DNA from: a virus
Virus record (IMG/VR): IMGVR_UViG_3300012447_000003
Span: 1-35,003 of that record
Reading direction: 5' to 3' (one strand)
Length of the DNA: 35,003 bases
Shown piece after piece: positions 24,080 to 34,015 of this stretch; positions within the stretch are counted from its first letter, which is position 1, and each line of letters starts with the position of its first letter. Below the pieces are notes generated by a model that had not been told where the DNA came from, made no database searches, and worked only from the letters and a program-made list of their open reading frames with translations. The translations under genes were made by a program, and so were the position numbers.

Positions 24080-24091
24080 GGAGACCCAGCC

Positions 24092-25015
24092 ATGGCTGTC
24101 ACCAAGCCCACCGTCACCACCGATTTCGCCGGATATTTGCAGCCACACATGGCGCAGGCGTTCTTCGACGAGGCCGCGAAACGCTCCGTTGTCCAGCAGC
24201 TCGCCCGCAAGGTGCCGCTGGGCATCTCCGGGGAGACCGTGCCGATCGTCACATCCAAGCCCACCGCATCGTGGGTTGCCGAAGCCGGCCAGAAGCCCGT
24301 CACCAAGGGTGAAGTGGGCCTGCTGAAGATGGAGCCGAAGAAGATCGCCGCGATCACCGTCGTGTCTGCCGAGGTGGTGCGTGCCAACCCGGCCAACTAT
24401 GTGAACCTGTTCAAGACCGACATTGCCGAGTCTTTCGCCCAGGCCTTCGACGCCGCCGTGCTGCACGGAACCGACTCCCCGTTCGCCCACCACCTGGACG
24501 AGACGAAGAAGACGGTGCAGCTTGGCAAAACCCCCGCCAACCAGGGTGGCGTTTACGGGGACGCGAATCTGGCAATCACGAAGCTCGTCGAGAATGGCCG
24601 CAAGCTCACCGGCTGGGCGTTCGACTCCGCTGCAGAGCCCATGCTCAACGGCTCCTATGACACCACGGGCCGGCCCATCCTGACCGAACCTGTCTACAAT
24701 GATGCCGCCCTGGCCTCCGCACGGCTGCTGGGACGCCCCGCCTACCTGGGTGATGGTGTTGCCACCACTGACCGCAAGACCGTGATCGGCTACGGCGGCG
24801 ACTGGACAAAGGTCATCTGGGGGCAGGTAGGTGGAATCACCTACTCGGTTTCCACCGAGGCCACCGTCAAGATCGGCGGCGACATTGTGTCCCTGTGGCA
24901 AAACAACCTTGTCGGCATCCTGGCTGAGGCCGAATTCGGCTGCATCATCAATGATCCGGAAAACTTTGTGAAGCTGACCGCCAACGCTCCCGCCCCGGCA
25001 GGCAGCGGATCCTGA
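24092..25015 (+). CDS. Major capsid protein (HK97 fold), 307 aa
   Basis: RBS aaggag. Size, position and conserved HK97-like segments. Followed by a long hairpin at 25034..25085. Confidence 0.8.
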   Translation: MAVTKPTVTTDFAGYLQPHMAQAFFDEAAKRSVVQQLARKVPLGISGETVPIVTSKPTASWVAEAGQKPVTKGEVGLLKMEPKKIAAITVVSAEVVRANPANYVNLFKTDIAESFAQAFDAAVLHGTDSPFAHHLDETKKTVQLGKTPANQGGVYGDANLAITKLVENGRKLTGWAFDSAAEPMLNGSYDTTGRPILTEPVYNDAALASARLLGRPAYLGDGVATTDRKTVIGYGGDWTKVIWGQVGGITYSVSTEATVKIGGDIVSLWQNNLVGILAEAEFGCIINDPENFVKLTANAPAPAGSGS

Positions 25016-25116
25016 CACCGGAGTAGCAAGCCGCCCCTAGAGGAACATCAAGACATGTAGGGGTAGACGGTGTTCCTCTAAGGGGCTTCAAAAGCCAGTA
25101 TCTCCCGGGGGCAGAT

Positions 25117-25542
25117 GTGGACAAGCAGCAAACCATCGAGTTCGTCAACCAGCTGGTGCAGGACGCAGACCTGCCAGCCGGTGCGGTGTCTGAATGTGTC
25201 GACTCTGCAGCCATCCCCGACGATCAAGGCCATCTTCCCAACAGCCCGGAGTGGCATCCCACCTTCGACCCGTGGTGGGCTGCCGCCGACGCCGCACTCC
25301 TGGCAGCCTCCCTTGCAGGCGACCAGCTGACACACGTCACCTCCGAGGGAACAACCATGATCATCAACCCCCGAGACTGGGAGAAAACAGCATCCATGTG
25401 GCGTCGCCGATCCCAGATTTGGGCGGATGCGCACCGTGACGGGTTCACTCTGCTGCAGGTCGACAGCCACCCGCCATATGCCCCAACAACAGATCTGTAT
25501 CGCGACGGCACTGGACGGTGGGAGGAGGAGCTGTGGAGTTGA
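25117..25542 (+). CDS. Head-tail connector / DNA-packaging-associated protein (141 aa, GTG start)
   Basis: Position after capsid, so by gene order probably a head-tail joining protein. Confidence 0.5.
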   Translation: MDKQQTIEFVNQLVQDADLPAGAVSECVDSAAIPDDQGHLPNSPEWHPTFDPWWAAADAALLAASLAGDQLTHVTSEGTTMIINPRDWEKTASMWRRRSQIWADAHRDGFTLLQVDSHPPYAPTTDLYRDGTGRWEEELWS

Positions 25543-25937
25543 CTGCCCTGGTGGATGAGGCGCGCCGCTGGCACCGACAGTTGTACACCGACCGTTGCGT
25601 CATCACCCGGAAAACCGGAACGGACATTGACGATGCCGGCGTGGAGCACGACACCATGACTCCTGTCGCCGACACGGAATGTTTGGTGCAGCGCATCAAC
25701 GCGCAGGCATCCGATTCTTCTACGGCGGGTGATCCAATCCGGGTTGCCACCCACGTGTGCAAAACACCTATCGACACGGACATTCGCCCCGGAGATCAGG
25801 TGACCGTGACCGCATCACACGACACCACCAACATGAAAACTTGGTATGTGGTGGATGTGGAGCAGCAGAGCTGGGCGGTCACAAGGAAAGCGTATTTGGT
25901 GGGATCATGGCGTTCACCGTCGACACCTCACAGCTGA
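25518..25937 (+). CDS. Head-tail adaptor / head closure protein (start probably GTG 25533, after GGAGGAGGAG RBS)
   Basis: Gene-order inference. Strong SD at 25521..25530. Confidence 0.5.
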   Translation: MGGGAVELTALVDEARRWHRQLYTDRCVITRKTGTDIDDAGVEHDTMTPVADTECLVQRINAQASDSSTAGDPIRVATHVCKTPIDTDIRPGDQVTVTASHDTTNMKTWYVVDVEQQSWAVTRKAYLVGSWRSPSTPHS

Positions 25938-26263
25938 ACAAGCTATCCACCGATCTGGGCAGAACCGGAGTAAACGCCACCCGGAAAGCGGCGGAGGCGG
26001 TCCGCAAGTCCGCGGCGGAGGTGGAGCGGGCCAGCCAGCAGCGCTGCCCTGTTGACACGGGGGCCACCCGCAATTCCATCCACACAAGCATTTCTGCAGG
26101 TGGCACGGCTGCCGAGATCGGACCCACCACCAACTATGCCCCCTACCTTGAATGGGGCACGCGGCGCATGGAGGCACGCCCGTTCATGCGTCCCGCGCTG
26201 GACGAGGTGACACCCGGATTCGTCCGCGCCATGAACCAGATTGGGGGTGGATGGTTTGACTGA
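25907..26263 (+). CDS. HK97 gp10-like tail-component protein (118 aa)
   Basis: Motifs TGATRNSIH, YAPYLEWGT and ARPFMRPA fit the gp10-like family. Confidence 0.6.
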   Translation: MAFTVDTSQLNKLSTDLGRTGVNATRKAAEAVRKSAAEVERASQQRCPVDTGATRNSIHTSISAGGTAAEIGPTTNYAPYLEWGTRRMEARPFMRPALDEVTPGFVRAMNQIGGGWFD

Positions 26264-26624
26264 CGACATCGCCACCGCCATCTGTGGCCTGGCACCGGGA
26301 ACAGTGTTCGATCAGCGCATCGACGGCGACCCCGACTATCCGTACACGGTAGTCACCGTTCAGAGCGCTGCTCTCACAACCACGTTGGGGGATCGTCCCC
26401 TGTGGCACGTCACCATCGACGTGATGTGCGTCTCCAACAATCCGGCAGGCTGCCGACTCCACACCCGACGTGTCGTCAACGTCTTAGATGGGGCACGCAT
26501 CGACGGCTGGCGTCTCACACACACCGCCGGAGGCCCCATCCTCGCCGACCGCGGCGACCCCACCGACTCGTGCTGGACATGCACCACAGAATTCACCATC
26601 ACCACACCAAGGAGAATCCCATGA
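26241..26624 (+). CDS. Tail terminator / tail completion protein (127 aa)
   Basis: Gene-order inference. Confidence 0.5.
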   Translation: MGVDGLTDDIATAICGLAPGTVFDQRIDGDPDYPYTVVTVQSAALTTTLGDRPLWHVTIDVMCVSNNPAGCRLHTRRVVNVLDGARIDGWRLTHTAGGPILADRGDPTDSCWTCTTEFTITTPRRIP

Positions 26625-26797
26625 CCGACTGGGTGCGTATCGCAGACGCCACCTGCCAGAGAACCGTCCCCTCCAACGCCATCCCCGACGGGGCGAAAGT
26701 CCTGAACGGGCATCCCGCCTGCGACAACCAAGGCCGCCCCCTCCCCACCAAACCACGCAACACCACCCAGACATCCACCAGCAAGAAGGAGAAGTGA
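26621..26797 (+). CDS. Small hypothetical protein (58 aa)
   Basis: ATGA overlap. Confidence 0.35.
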   Translation: MTDWVRIADATCQRTVPSNAIPDGAKVLNGHPACDNQGRPLPTKPRNTTQTSTSKKEK

Positions 26798-26799
26798 CC

Positions 26800-27309
26800 A
26801 TGCCTGTTTCCGTGTACAACCCTGAGGGCATCGAAACGATCGAGAATTCCAAGCTGATGCTGGTCCCCTCGATCAAGAAACTGGATGCCGCAACCGTCAC
26901 CGAGCTGAAGGCTGGCACCGAAATCACCTGTGCCCTGCGCTCGTTCGAGTCGTCCTCGGATGCCTCCGAGTCGGAGGACAAGCGTATTTGCCGCCGTGAC
27001 GCCGGTAAGCGACCCGGCCCTGTCACCTATGGCCTGTCTGACACTGACATCATCATCGACGACCCGCAGAAGGACGACGAGGTGATCGCCGGCCTGGAGC
27101 CGGGTGTTCACACGATTATCGTCGAGTTCCCGAATGTGAAGCCCGGATCGGAAATCACCGCCGGACAGAAGTATTACGCCTGGAAGTCGACGGTGAAGAC
27201 GAAGACGCCGGGCAAGCTGTCCACCGATGACGGTGAAATGTTCACGATGAATGTGGGCTGGTCTGTGACCGGCCGCACCCTGAACGGCAAGGTCACCGGG
27301 GCAGCCTGA
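26800..27309 (+). CDS. Major tail protein (170 aa)
   Basis: Position upstream of the G/T chaperones and TMP. Followed by hairpin 27317..27364 (15-bp stem with 14 matches). Confidence 0.65.
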   Translation: MPVSVYNPEGIETIENSKLMLVPSIKKLDAATVTELKAGTEITCALRSFESSSDASESEDKRICRRDAGKRPGPVTYGLSDTDIIIDDPQKDDEVIAGLEPGVHTIIVEFPNVKPGSEITAGQKYYAWKSTVKTKTPGKLSTDDGEMFTMNVGWSVTGRTLNGKVTGAA

Positions 27310-27415
27310 CAAGTCTGGTGGCCTTCCAAACATTTTTCTGTGGGGTGCCGTTTGGGAGGCCACCACCCCTCAACCCCTTGGCACCCCCAAACTCTGCTGT
27401 AGGAGACACCCCAAC

Positions 27416-27964
27416 ATGACTGGCACCCCAACCGACATGCGCACCCTGATGCAGGACTATGTGTCCGGCCTCAACCGTCCCACGAAACATGTGGACATTT
27501 GCCTCGACCCGAAAGCCGCCCAGGCGTGGAAACAGGCCGACGAAGAGCTGACAGCCGCCCAGGCGGAAGCCGACGACACCGACAATGGGTCTGGAGGCAC
27601 CATCGGGCAGGCGGCAGCGGTGAAGAAACGCCTCAACGCCGCCGTGAAGAGCGAGAAGACGGCCCGGGACAGGCTGGCTAATGCCACGATCCGGCTGGTG
27701 TTCACCGGGCTGACCACCACCGCATGGAACGATCTCGTCGACGAGCTGCGCCGCATCGACGACGAGGAGCAGCGGGCCACCATCGAACAAGTCAGGCTGC
27801 CCCGAGCATGCCTCACCAAAGCCACCACCATCGACGGGGCGGACGCCGGAATCGGAGGAGACGACCTGAACCGTCTGCTGGACAATCTTCCCCCAGCTGA
27901 CGTGTCACGATGCTGGGCCGCCTCGATCGAGGCATGCACGGAAACAATCGACCTCCCTTTCTGA
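27416..27964 (+). CDS. Tail assembly chaperone G (182 aa) with -1 slippery heptamer CCCTTTC (27955..27961) at its 3' end
   Basis: Position immediately before TMP. The X XXY YYZ heptamer ends 1 nt before the stop codon. Confidence 0.65.
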   Translation: MTGTPTDMRTLMQDYVSGLNRPTKHVDICLDPKAAQAWKQADEELTAAQAEADDTDNGSGGTIGQAAAVKKRLNAAVKSEKTARDRLANATIRLVFTGLTTTAWNDLVDELRRIDDEEQRATIEQVRLPRACLTKATTIDGADAGIGGDDLNRLLDNLPPADVSRCWAASIEACTETIDLPF

Positions 27965-28348
27965 AAAGGGCCGTCACCGATCCGCAGATTCGCCGCGACA
28001 TCGACCACGCCAAGGAATGGGCGATAGCACCAACCGTCTACTGGGGGGCGTGACACCGGACCCCGGTGGACACCGGAGGATCGGGCTGTCCTCGACGCCC
28101 TCGACGATTACGAGGCCACCCTGTGCCCCGGATGCGGCCAGCCCATGTCCAGCCATGACGGAAAAACAGCAGCCGACTACACGGCGGCCGCCATCACCTG
28201 CCCATCGCTGCAGGCGCTGGACCGGGATCAGGTGGCCCAGGCACGACGCGACGGCCACACAGACCAGAAACCCGACCCAGAGAGAGCCCGCCGCTGGATC
28301 CACGGCGACCGGAAACACATCACCGAATGGGCAAAACAATTCCAGTGA
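27955..28348 (+). CDS. Tail assembly chaperone T extension. It would be reached by a -1 shift at 27955..27961 into frame 1, but that frame stops at 28051. The long frame-2 ORF to 28348 (CPGC zinc-ribbon-like motif) is reached only if one G of the G6 run 28043..28048 is skipped.
   Basis: Frame-by-frame translation. The frame-1 bridge LKRAVTDPQIRRDIDHAKEWAIAPTVYWG reads like protein. Frame 2 from 28028 encodes ...PRWTPEDRAVLDALDDYEATLCPGCGQPM... ending 25 nt before the TMP start. Confidence 0.4.
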
Positions 28349-28372
28349 AACACCACACATGAAGGAGACGCT

Positions 28373-31300
28373 GTGGCTGACAAAACCGTGACAGTGAAGC
28401 TGAACGCCGACACGCACGGCTTCACCGCCGCCATGGCCCGTGCAGCCACCGCCTCCAAACAGCTCGGAAGCCAAGTCAAGGCCCACGGAGCAGACTTCGA
28501 CCGGATGGCATCCGCATCCACCAAAGCCGGTTTGGCCGTCACAGCAGGGGTCGGTGGGGCCGTCAAGGCCGCCGTCGACTGGGAATCCGCCTGGACAGGT
28601 GTGCAAAAGACCGTCGACGCCACCCCGGCACAGTATGCACGGCTGGAAGGGCAGCTGCGCTCCCTCACCAGCGTGCTGCCAGTGTCGCATCAGGAGATCG
28701 CCGGTGTCGCCGAGGCAGCCGGCCAGCTGGGCGTGAAACAGCAAGACGTCGCAAAGTTCACCTCGACGATGGTCAAACTGGGCACCGCAACCAACATGAC
28801 ATCGGAGGAGGCTGCCACCAGCCTGCGCCAGTTCATGAACGTCATGGGCACCGCCCCCAAGGATGTGGACCGGCTCGCCGCCACCGTCGTCGACCTGGGC
28901 AACAACTCTGCCACCACCGAACGTGACATCGTCGAGATGGGTCAGCGGCTCTCCGGCACCGGAAAGCAGATGCGCATGTCCGAACCGCAGGTGATGGCGT
29001 TCGGAGCCGCCATGGCGTCGGTCGGCATCAACGCCGAGGCGGGCGGCACCGCCATGTCCCGCAACTGGATCAAAATCGACAAGGCCGTCCGCTCCGGCGG
29101 GCAAAGCCTGCAAACCATGGCGCAAGTGTCCGGCATGTCGGCAGCCCAATTCAAAAAAGCATGGCAGACCGACGCCGCCGGGGCAACAAACGCCCTGATC
29201 GAAGGTTTGGGGCGCGCCTCCAAATCCGGGCAGGACGTGTCGAAACTCCTCGACCAGATGGGCATCAAAGGCCAATACCAAACCGATGCGATGAAACGTC
29301 TGGCCGGCGCATCGGCCGGGGCCGGAAACGCCCAAGACCAGCTGGCAGACTCCCTGAAAATCGCGGGGCAAGGCTGGTCACAGAACACGGCGTTGGAAGA
29401 GGAGTTCGGCCGCCGCCAGCAGACCACTGCCTCACAGATGCAGCTGGCCATGAACCGCATCAAGGATGCCGCCATCAACGTGGGTCAGGCTGCCCTCCCA
29501 GTGTTGGGCAGGGCGGCGCAACAGGTGTCCCGGTACGCCGACCGGTTCGCCAAACTGTCTCCTCACACGCAGGAGATGATTTTGAAGATTGGTGCGCTCG
29601 GCGGCGTGTCGCTGATCGCAGCCGGCCAGATCGGCAAGGTGGCCCGCGCCTTCAAGGATGTCGGTTTGGCTGTGCAGGCGGTGCGCGGCATCGCCGGTGT
29701 CGCCGGGGCGTTCGCCGGTATCGGCGGTTCGGCGGGCAAAGCGGCAGGCGGGGCATCGGCGGCCGGAAAAGCCATGTCGAGGCTGGGCGGATCCACCGCA
29801 GGGCTGGGCGGCAAACTTTTTGGTGTTGCTGCCGGGCTGGGTGCTGTGGCAGTGGCATGGGCACATCAGCATGACGCCGATTGGGCGGCCAACATTGACA
29901 GGCAGCTGGGCTCCACCACCGACTGGGCGGAGCAGGCGAAACTCGGCATTGTCGACCTTGACGACAAGCTGAAGCAGGTCAACGATGGCGGTTTCGGCCC
30001 GCTGCGTGAAAACCTGACCGGCCTCGGTGATGCCATGAACCGTGCCTCCGGCGCGAACCGGGGATTTTGGCAGCGGCAATCGGATCATTTGGCGCATTTC
30101 GTGGGTGCCAACGCCGATTTGACGGAGCAGTCTAAGGCGCAGCTGGCGAAATATGATGCGGCGATCTCCCAGTTCGCCTCGTCGCATGCTTGGAATGATC
30201 TGCAACGCAACTGGACACAGATCGCCGACATGGCCAAGCACAACGGCATATCGGATGACCGGTTGATGTCGCTGTTCCCGAAGGTGCAGGCCGGGCTGGC
30301 AGACACGGCGAAACAGCTGGGTGTTACTGGCCTGTCAGCCCGGGAATACGCCGGCTGGCTGCGTGGAGAAATCCCGTCGTCGGTGAACCGGGCTGCTGTG
30401 GCAAACGAGAAACTCGCTAAATCGTTGGGGATCGTCCCCGACAAGAAACGCGTCCAGGTTGAGACCGTCATCAAGGGCGGCAAGAAGGGTGAAGTTGAGG
30501 CCCTCAATAGGGAGATTCTGAAGCTCCCCAAGGACAAGCAGACCAAGGTGCTGGCAACAGCTAAAACCAAGGGTTTCAAAGAGGCCATGGCGCAAGCCAA
30601 GGACTTGGAGAAGCAGGCCAAAGGTTTGCAGGAGACCACCCGGCACGGTGTGAAGCTGGAAGCCAAGGGCGGTATCACATCGGCGCAGGTGCACGCCATG
30701 CGTCAACAGCTGGAGGGGCTGTCGAAGGCGGCCGCCAAGGAGGTGGCGCTCAAGTTCAACACCGGCGACCTCGACGGCGCGAGGCGGAAGCTTCAGGAGT
30801 TTCAGAACACCGTGCGCACCACCGCCACGAAGGCTGGTGTGAAGCTGGAGATTAGGGGTGCCACCACCGGGGATCTGGAGCATTTGCGCGCCGAGATGGA
30901 CAAGCTGCCCAAGGAAAAGCAGGTCCAGATCGCCACAACGGCGAAAACCGACGGTTTCGACAAGGCCATGGGGCAAGCGACCCAGTTCCAGCAGCAGATC
31001 GCCGGAATCACCAGGTCCACCAGAGATGGTGTGACGGTGAAGATCAAGGGTGTCACCGACGCCACCCAGATCACCGCACTGAAAACCGACATGGAGCGGC
31101 TGACCACTCAGGATCAGAAGAAGGTTTCCCTGATCGCCGAGACGCGGGGGCTGGAGCCGGCCCGGCAGGCGATCGACGACATCCGACGCTCGTACGGCCG
31201 CATCTCGGATTCCGCCCCCATCAACATGAAAGCCACGGTGCAGGGCGGTGCGGAGAAGCAGCTGACGGTTTTGGATCAGCATGCCACCGACTTGGATGGC

Positions 31301-33094
31301 AAGAATGTTTTGGTGACCACTTCCGCCCCGGATGCGTACGGCACGATGGTGGAAATCGACGGCATCAAATACAAAGTGGACGAGTTGGAGGGCCAGTCGG
31401 TTCTCATCCCACTGGGTTTGAAGAACACGGATGGCACCTATGACGGTTTGCGGAAGACTGATGCCAAGGTTCAGGAGTTGGATGGCAAATCTGCCACGGT
31501 GAAGCTGAACCTGCCGAACACCGGAGACACCGAGGGGAAGCTGAACAGGGTTGGCAAGGCTGCTGACCGGTTGAACGGCAAGAAAGCGACGGTTCACACG
31601 TCGGCACCGTCGGCTGGACACACCACCTCGCTGCTGGGACGAATCCTGTCCGCAGCAGGACGAGTGTCTGCGAAAAGAGCCATGGTGCGCACTTCCGCCC
31701 CTGGTGCGACGCAGGCGCACGGCCTGCTGAATCGTGTCAGGTCGATGGCTTCTCAGGTGGCCGGGAAGCATCCTCGTGTCGTCACCTCGGCCCCTGGTGC
31801 GACGCAGGCAACCGGCCTTGTCCGGGCGGTTGGCAAGGCGGCGGATTGGGTGAACGGTAAGCATGCCCGGGTGACCGCCTCCGCCAACACGGGCAGCGCC
31901 AGATCGGCGCTGAACGCCCTGACGCGTCCTCTGCGCACCACGGTGACCGCGGTGGTGCACACCGTCGGCAATGTGGCCTCCGCGGTGAAGGGACTGTTCC
32001 ACGCCAACGGGGGCATGTATGAGAGGCATGATCCGCAGATAGCCAAAGCCGGTGCCTACCGGGTGTGGGCCGAGCCGGAAACAGAAGGCGAAGCCTACAT
32101 CCCGTTTGCACGGTCGAAGCGGGGCCGCTCCCGCATGATCGCCGCGCAAGCCGTGCAACGTCTGGGAGGGGCGGTGCAGTGGTTCGCAAACGGCGGCATC
32201 ACAGGGGCACAAGCCCGCATGATCCTCAACATCGAGGCCAGGCCCACCGGTGAACTGGCCGACTATGTTCAGGCCGTCCGTGACGCAGCAAACGCCACCC
32301 GGGCACGGCAGCGCGCCTCGCGGGCCTGGTGGAATGCACGCCGCCGCCACTCCAAGTCCGAGAAGAAACTTGGTGAAGCCCTCAGCAAAGCCAAGGAGAA
32401 AGAGCGTGACGCCACAGAGAAGGCACGTCAAGCCGCCGAAGCCCTGGCCCGGTCGGCTGCACAGGCCGGCGACACCATGGCCAAGGACTATAGGGCCGGA
32501 GGATCATGGCAGGACTGGGCGACATCGATGCGCGAAGGCGTCAAGGAACTCGGCCTGTTCCGGTGGCGTCTGGCGAAACTCCGCGGGATGGGCCTGTCAC
32601 AAGAGAACGTCGACACCATTGCCGGCATGGGGCCTGCTGGTGTGCAGCTGGCAGGCGACGTGCTTGCAGGCGGAAAAACCGCAGTCAACAGTCTTAACGC
32701 GGCATCCAACCAGCTGAAAAAAGTTTCCGACCAGCTGGGTTTGGTGACGATGACGAAATATGCCGACGGTGGTTTCTCATCCGGCCAGGGCATCCGAGTG
32801 TGGTCGGAGCCTGAAACCGGCGGTGAAGCCTACATTCCCCTGGCTTCTGGCAAGCGAAGCCGTTCCACCCAGCTGTGGTGGGAAACCGGACGCCGTCTGG
32901 GTGCCATCCCGGCCACAGGGCAACCGCGCCCCATCACACCACCAGCGGGCACCAGAGGCGGCTACACCCCAGGGGCACTCGACCTGTCTGGGCTGCACAT
33001 CACCCTATCGGTGCCCGGTTTGGCCAACGCGGTGGACGCGAAAATCGTTGCCGCCAACAGGGCGACGGCACGGAACCTTGTCAGGAGCCGATAA
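28373..33094 (+). CDS. Tape measure protein (1573 aa) with internal tandem repeats
   Basis: GTG start after AAGGAG. Very long helical protein following the G/T chaperones. Repeated ~60-aa segments (LPKDKQTKVLATAKTKGFKEAMAQA... / LPKEKQVQIATTAKTDGFDKAMGQA...) and a duplicated VW.EPET.GEAYIP motif. Confidence 0.9.
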   Translation: MADKTVTVKLNADTHGFTAAMARAATASKQLGSQVKAHGADFDRMASASTKAGLAVTAGVGGAVKAAVDWESAWTGVQKTVDATPAQYARLEGQLRSLTSVLPVSHQEIAGVAEAAGQLGVKQQDVAKFTSTMVKLGTATNMTSEEAATSLRQFMNVMGTAPKDVDRLAATVVDLGNNSATTERDIVEMGQRLSGTGKQMRMSEPQVMAFGAAMASVGINAEAGGTAMSRNWIKIDKAVRSGGQSLQTMAQVSGMSAAQFKKAWQTDAAGATNALIEGLGRASKSGQDVSKLLDQMGIKGQYQTDAMKRLAGASAGAGNAQDQLADSLKIAGQGWSQNTALEEEFGRRQQTTASQMQLAMNRIKDAAINVGQAALPVLGRAAQQVSRYADRFAKLSPHTQEMILKIGALGGVSLIAAGQIGKVARAFKDVGLAVQAVRGIAGVAGAFAGIGGSAGKAAGGASAAGKAMSRLGGSTAGLGGKLFGVAAGLGAVAVAWAHQHDADWAANIDRQLGSTTDWAEQAKLGIVDLDDKLKQVNDGGFGPLRENLTGLGDAMNRASGANRGFWQRQSDHLAHFVGANADLTEQSKAQLAKYDAAISQFASSHAWNDLQRNWTQIADMAKHNGISDDRLMSLFPKVQAGLADTAKQLGVTGLSAREYAGWLRGEIPSSVNRAAVANEKLAKSLGIVPDKKRVQVETVIKGGKKGEVEALNREILKLPKDKQTKVLATAKTKGFKEAMAQAKDLEKQAKGLQETTRHGVKLEAKGGITSAQVHAMRQQLEGLSKAAAKEVALKFNTGDLDGARRKLQEFQNTVRTTATKAGVKLEIRGATTGDLEHLRAEMDKLPKEKQVQIATTAKTDGFDKAMGQATQFQQQIAGITRSTRDGVTVKIKGVTDATQITALKTDMERLTTQDQKKVSLIAETRGLEPARQAIDDIRRSYGRISDSAPINMKATVQGGAEKQLTVLDQHATDLDGKNVLVTTSAPDAYGTMVEIDGIKYKVDELEGQSVLIPLGLKNTDGTYDGLRKTDAKVQELDGKSATVKLNLPNTGDTEGKLNRVGKAADRLNGKKATVHTSAPSAGHTTSLLGRILSAAGRVSAKRAMVRTSAPGATQAHGLLNRVRSMASQVAGKHPRVVTSAPGATQATGLVRAVGKAADWVNGKHARVTASANTGSARSALNALTRPLRTTVTAVVHTVGNVASAVKGLFHANGGMYERHDPQIAKAGAYRVWAEPETEGEAYIPFARSKRGRSRMIAAQAVQRLGGAVQWFANGGITGAQARMILNIEARPTGELADYVQAVRDAANATRARQRASRAWWNARRRHSKSEKKLGEALSKAKEKERDATEKARQAAEALARSAAQAGDTMAKDYRAGGSWQDWATSMREGVKELGLFRWRLAKLRGMGLSQENVDTIAGMGPAGVQLAGDVLAGGKTAVNSLNAASNQLKKVSDQLGLVTMTKYADGGFSSGQGIRVWSEPETGGEAYIPLASGKRSRSTQLWWETGRRLGAIPATGQPRPITPPAGTRGGYTPGALDLSGLHITLSVPGLANAVDAKIVAANRATARNLVRSR

Positions 33095-34015
33095 ATGCAA
33101 CTTGTGGCAACCGAAAACTATCAGCCGACCCCACACATGTCGCTGGAACTCGAAGGTATCCCGGAGGGTGCAGCCACGGTCACGATTTATCGTGCCGTGT
33201 TCCATGGGAAATCCTCCAACTCTGCGGTGGTGCGCGGCATCAACCGGGCACCGCTCTACGGGTCGCAGACGTTTTTTGCCGACTGGGACTGTCCCCTACA
33301 AACCATGGAGGCGTGGGGCAACTACATTTATGTGGCGCAGGTGTTCAACGCCCAAGGTGTCCAGCTGGCGTCAGCAAACGCCCGGGTGATGTTTCCTCCC
33401 ATGATCGACGACGACTATGCGTGGATCACCAACCCCTATCGGCCCACACAAGGCCTCTATGTGGCGCTCATGCAGGGAACGGACGAAACCACCGAATACC
33501 CGTCGGATGTGTCGCTGTCCGTCCCCGGGTGGTCAACCGGGCTGCCGTCCGCAGCCGTGTCCAGGAGACGCCGCGGCGGGCATCGAACCCTCGTGGTTCG
33601 TCTTGGTGACTTGGTGCAGGCGGAGCTGTTGGAAAAACTTGTTTTGGATGCCCCGGTGCTGGTGCTGCGTGCACCGAACATGCGTCATCCATACGGCACC
33701 ATGTTTCTCACCCCCACGTCGATCAGTGAGCATCGTGAGCGGGACTTCATGGACACCCGGACATATTTGGACGGCGACATGCCAGCCCTAGTCGTTGACG
33801 GCCCAGATGACTATGACACGGAGTACGCCCCGATGGAGTCTGTTCTCGGGGAAGAAACCACGTGGACGATTGAATGCGACGAGATCGACGGCACCCGCAT
33901 CCCAATCGTGGTGAACCCGTGGACCTACCACGACACCAAGCGTTCAGCCTCAACGTACCGTGCGCGTGCCGAGAAATATCCGTCCTATGTGGATGCCAAC
34001 CGGGGTGACCTGTGA
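33095..34015 (+). CDS. Distal tail protein (Dit-like), 306 aa
   Basis: TAAATG junction with TMP. By gene order this is the position of a Dit-like protein. Confidence 0.6.
   Translation: MQLVATENYQPTPHMSLELEGIPEGAATVTIYRAVFHGKSSNSAVVRGINRAPLYGSQTFFADWDCPLQTMEAWGNYIYVAQVFNAQGVQLASANARVMFPPMIDDDYAWITNPYRPTQGLYVALMQGTDETTEYPSDVSLSVPGWSTGLPSAAVSRRRRGGHRTLVVRLGDLVQAELLEKLVLDAPVLVLRAPNMRHPYGTMFLTPTSISEHRERDFMDTRTYLDGDMPALVVDGPDDYDTEYAPMESVLGEETTWTIECDEIDGTRIPIVVNPWTYHDTKRSASTYRARAEKYPSYVDANRGDL

Noticed and set aside
27962-28027. Stop-codon readthrough as the route from chaperone G to the T-like ORF
   Set aside because: Frame 2 has two stops (TGA 27962 and TAG 28025) and its translation between them is not protein-like. 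The -1 frame translation is protein-like, which favours a slip at CCCTTTC.
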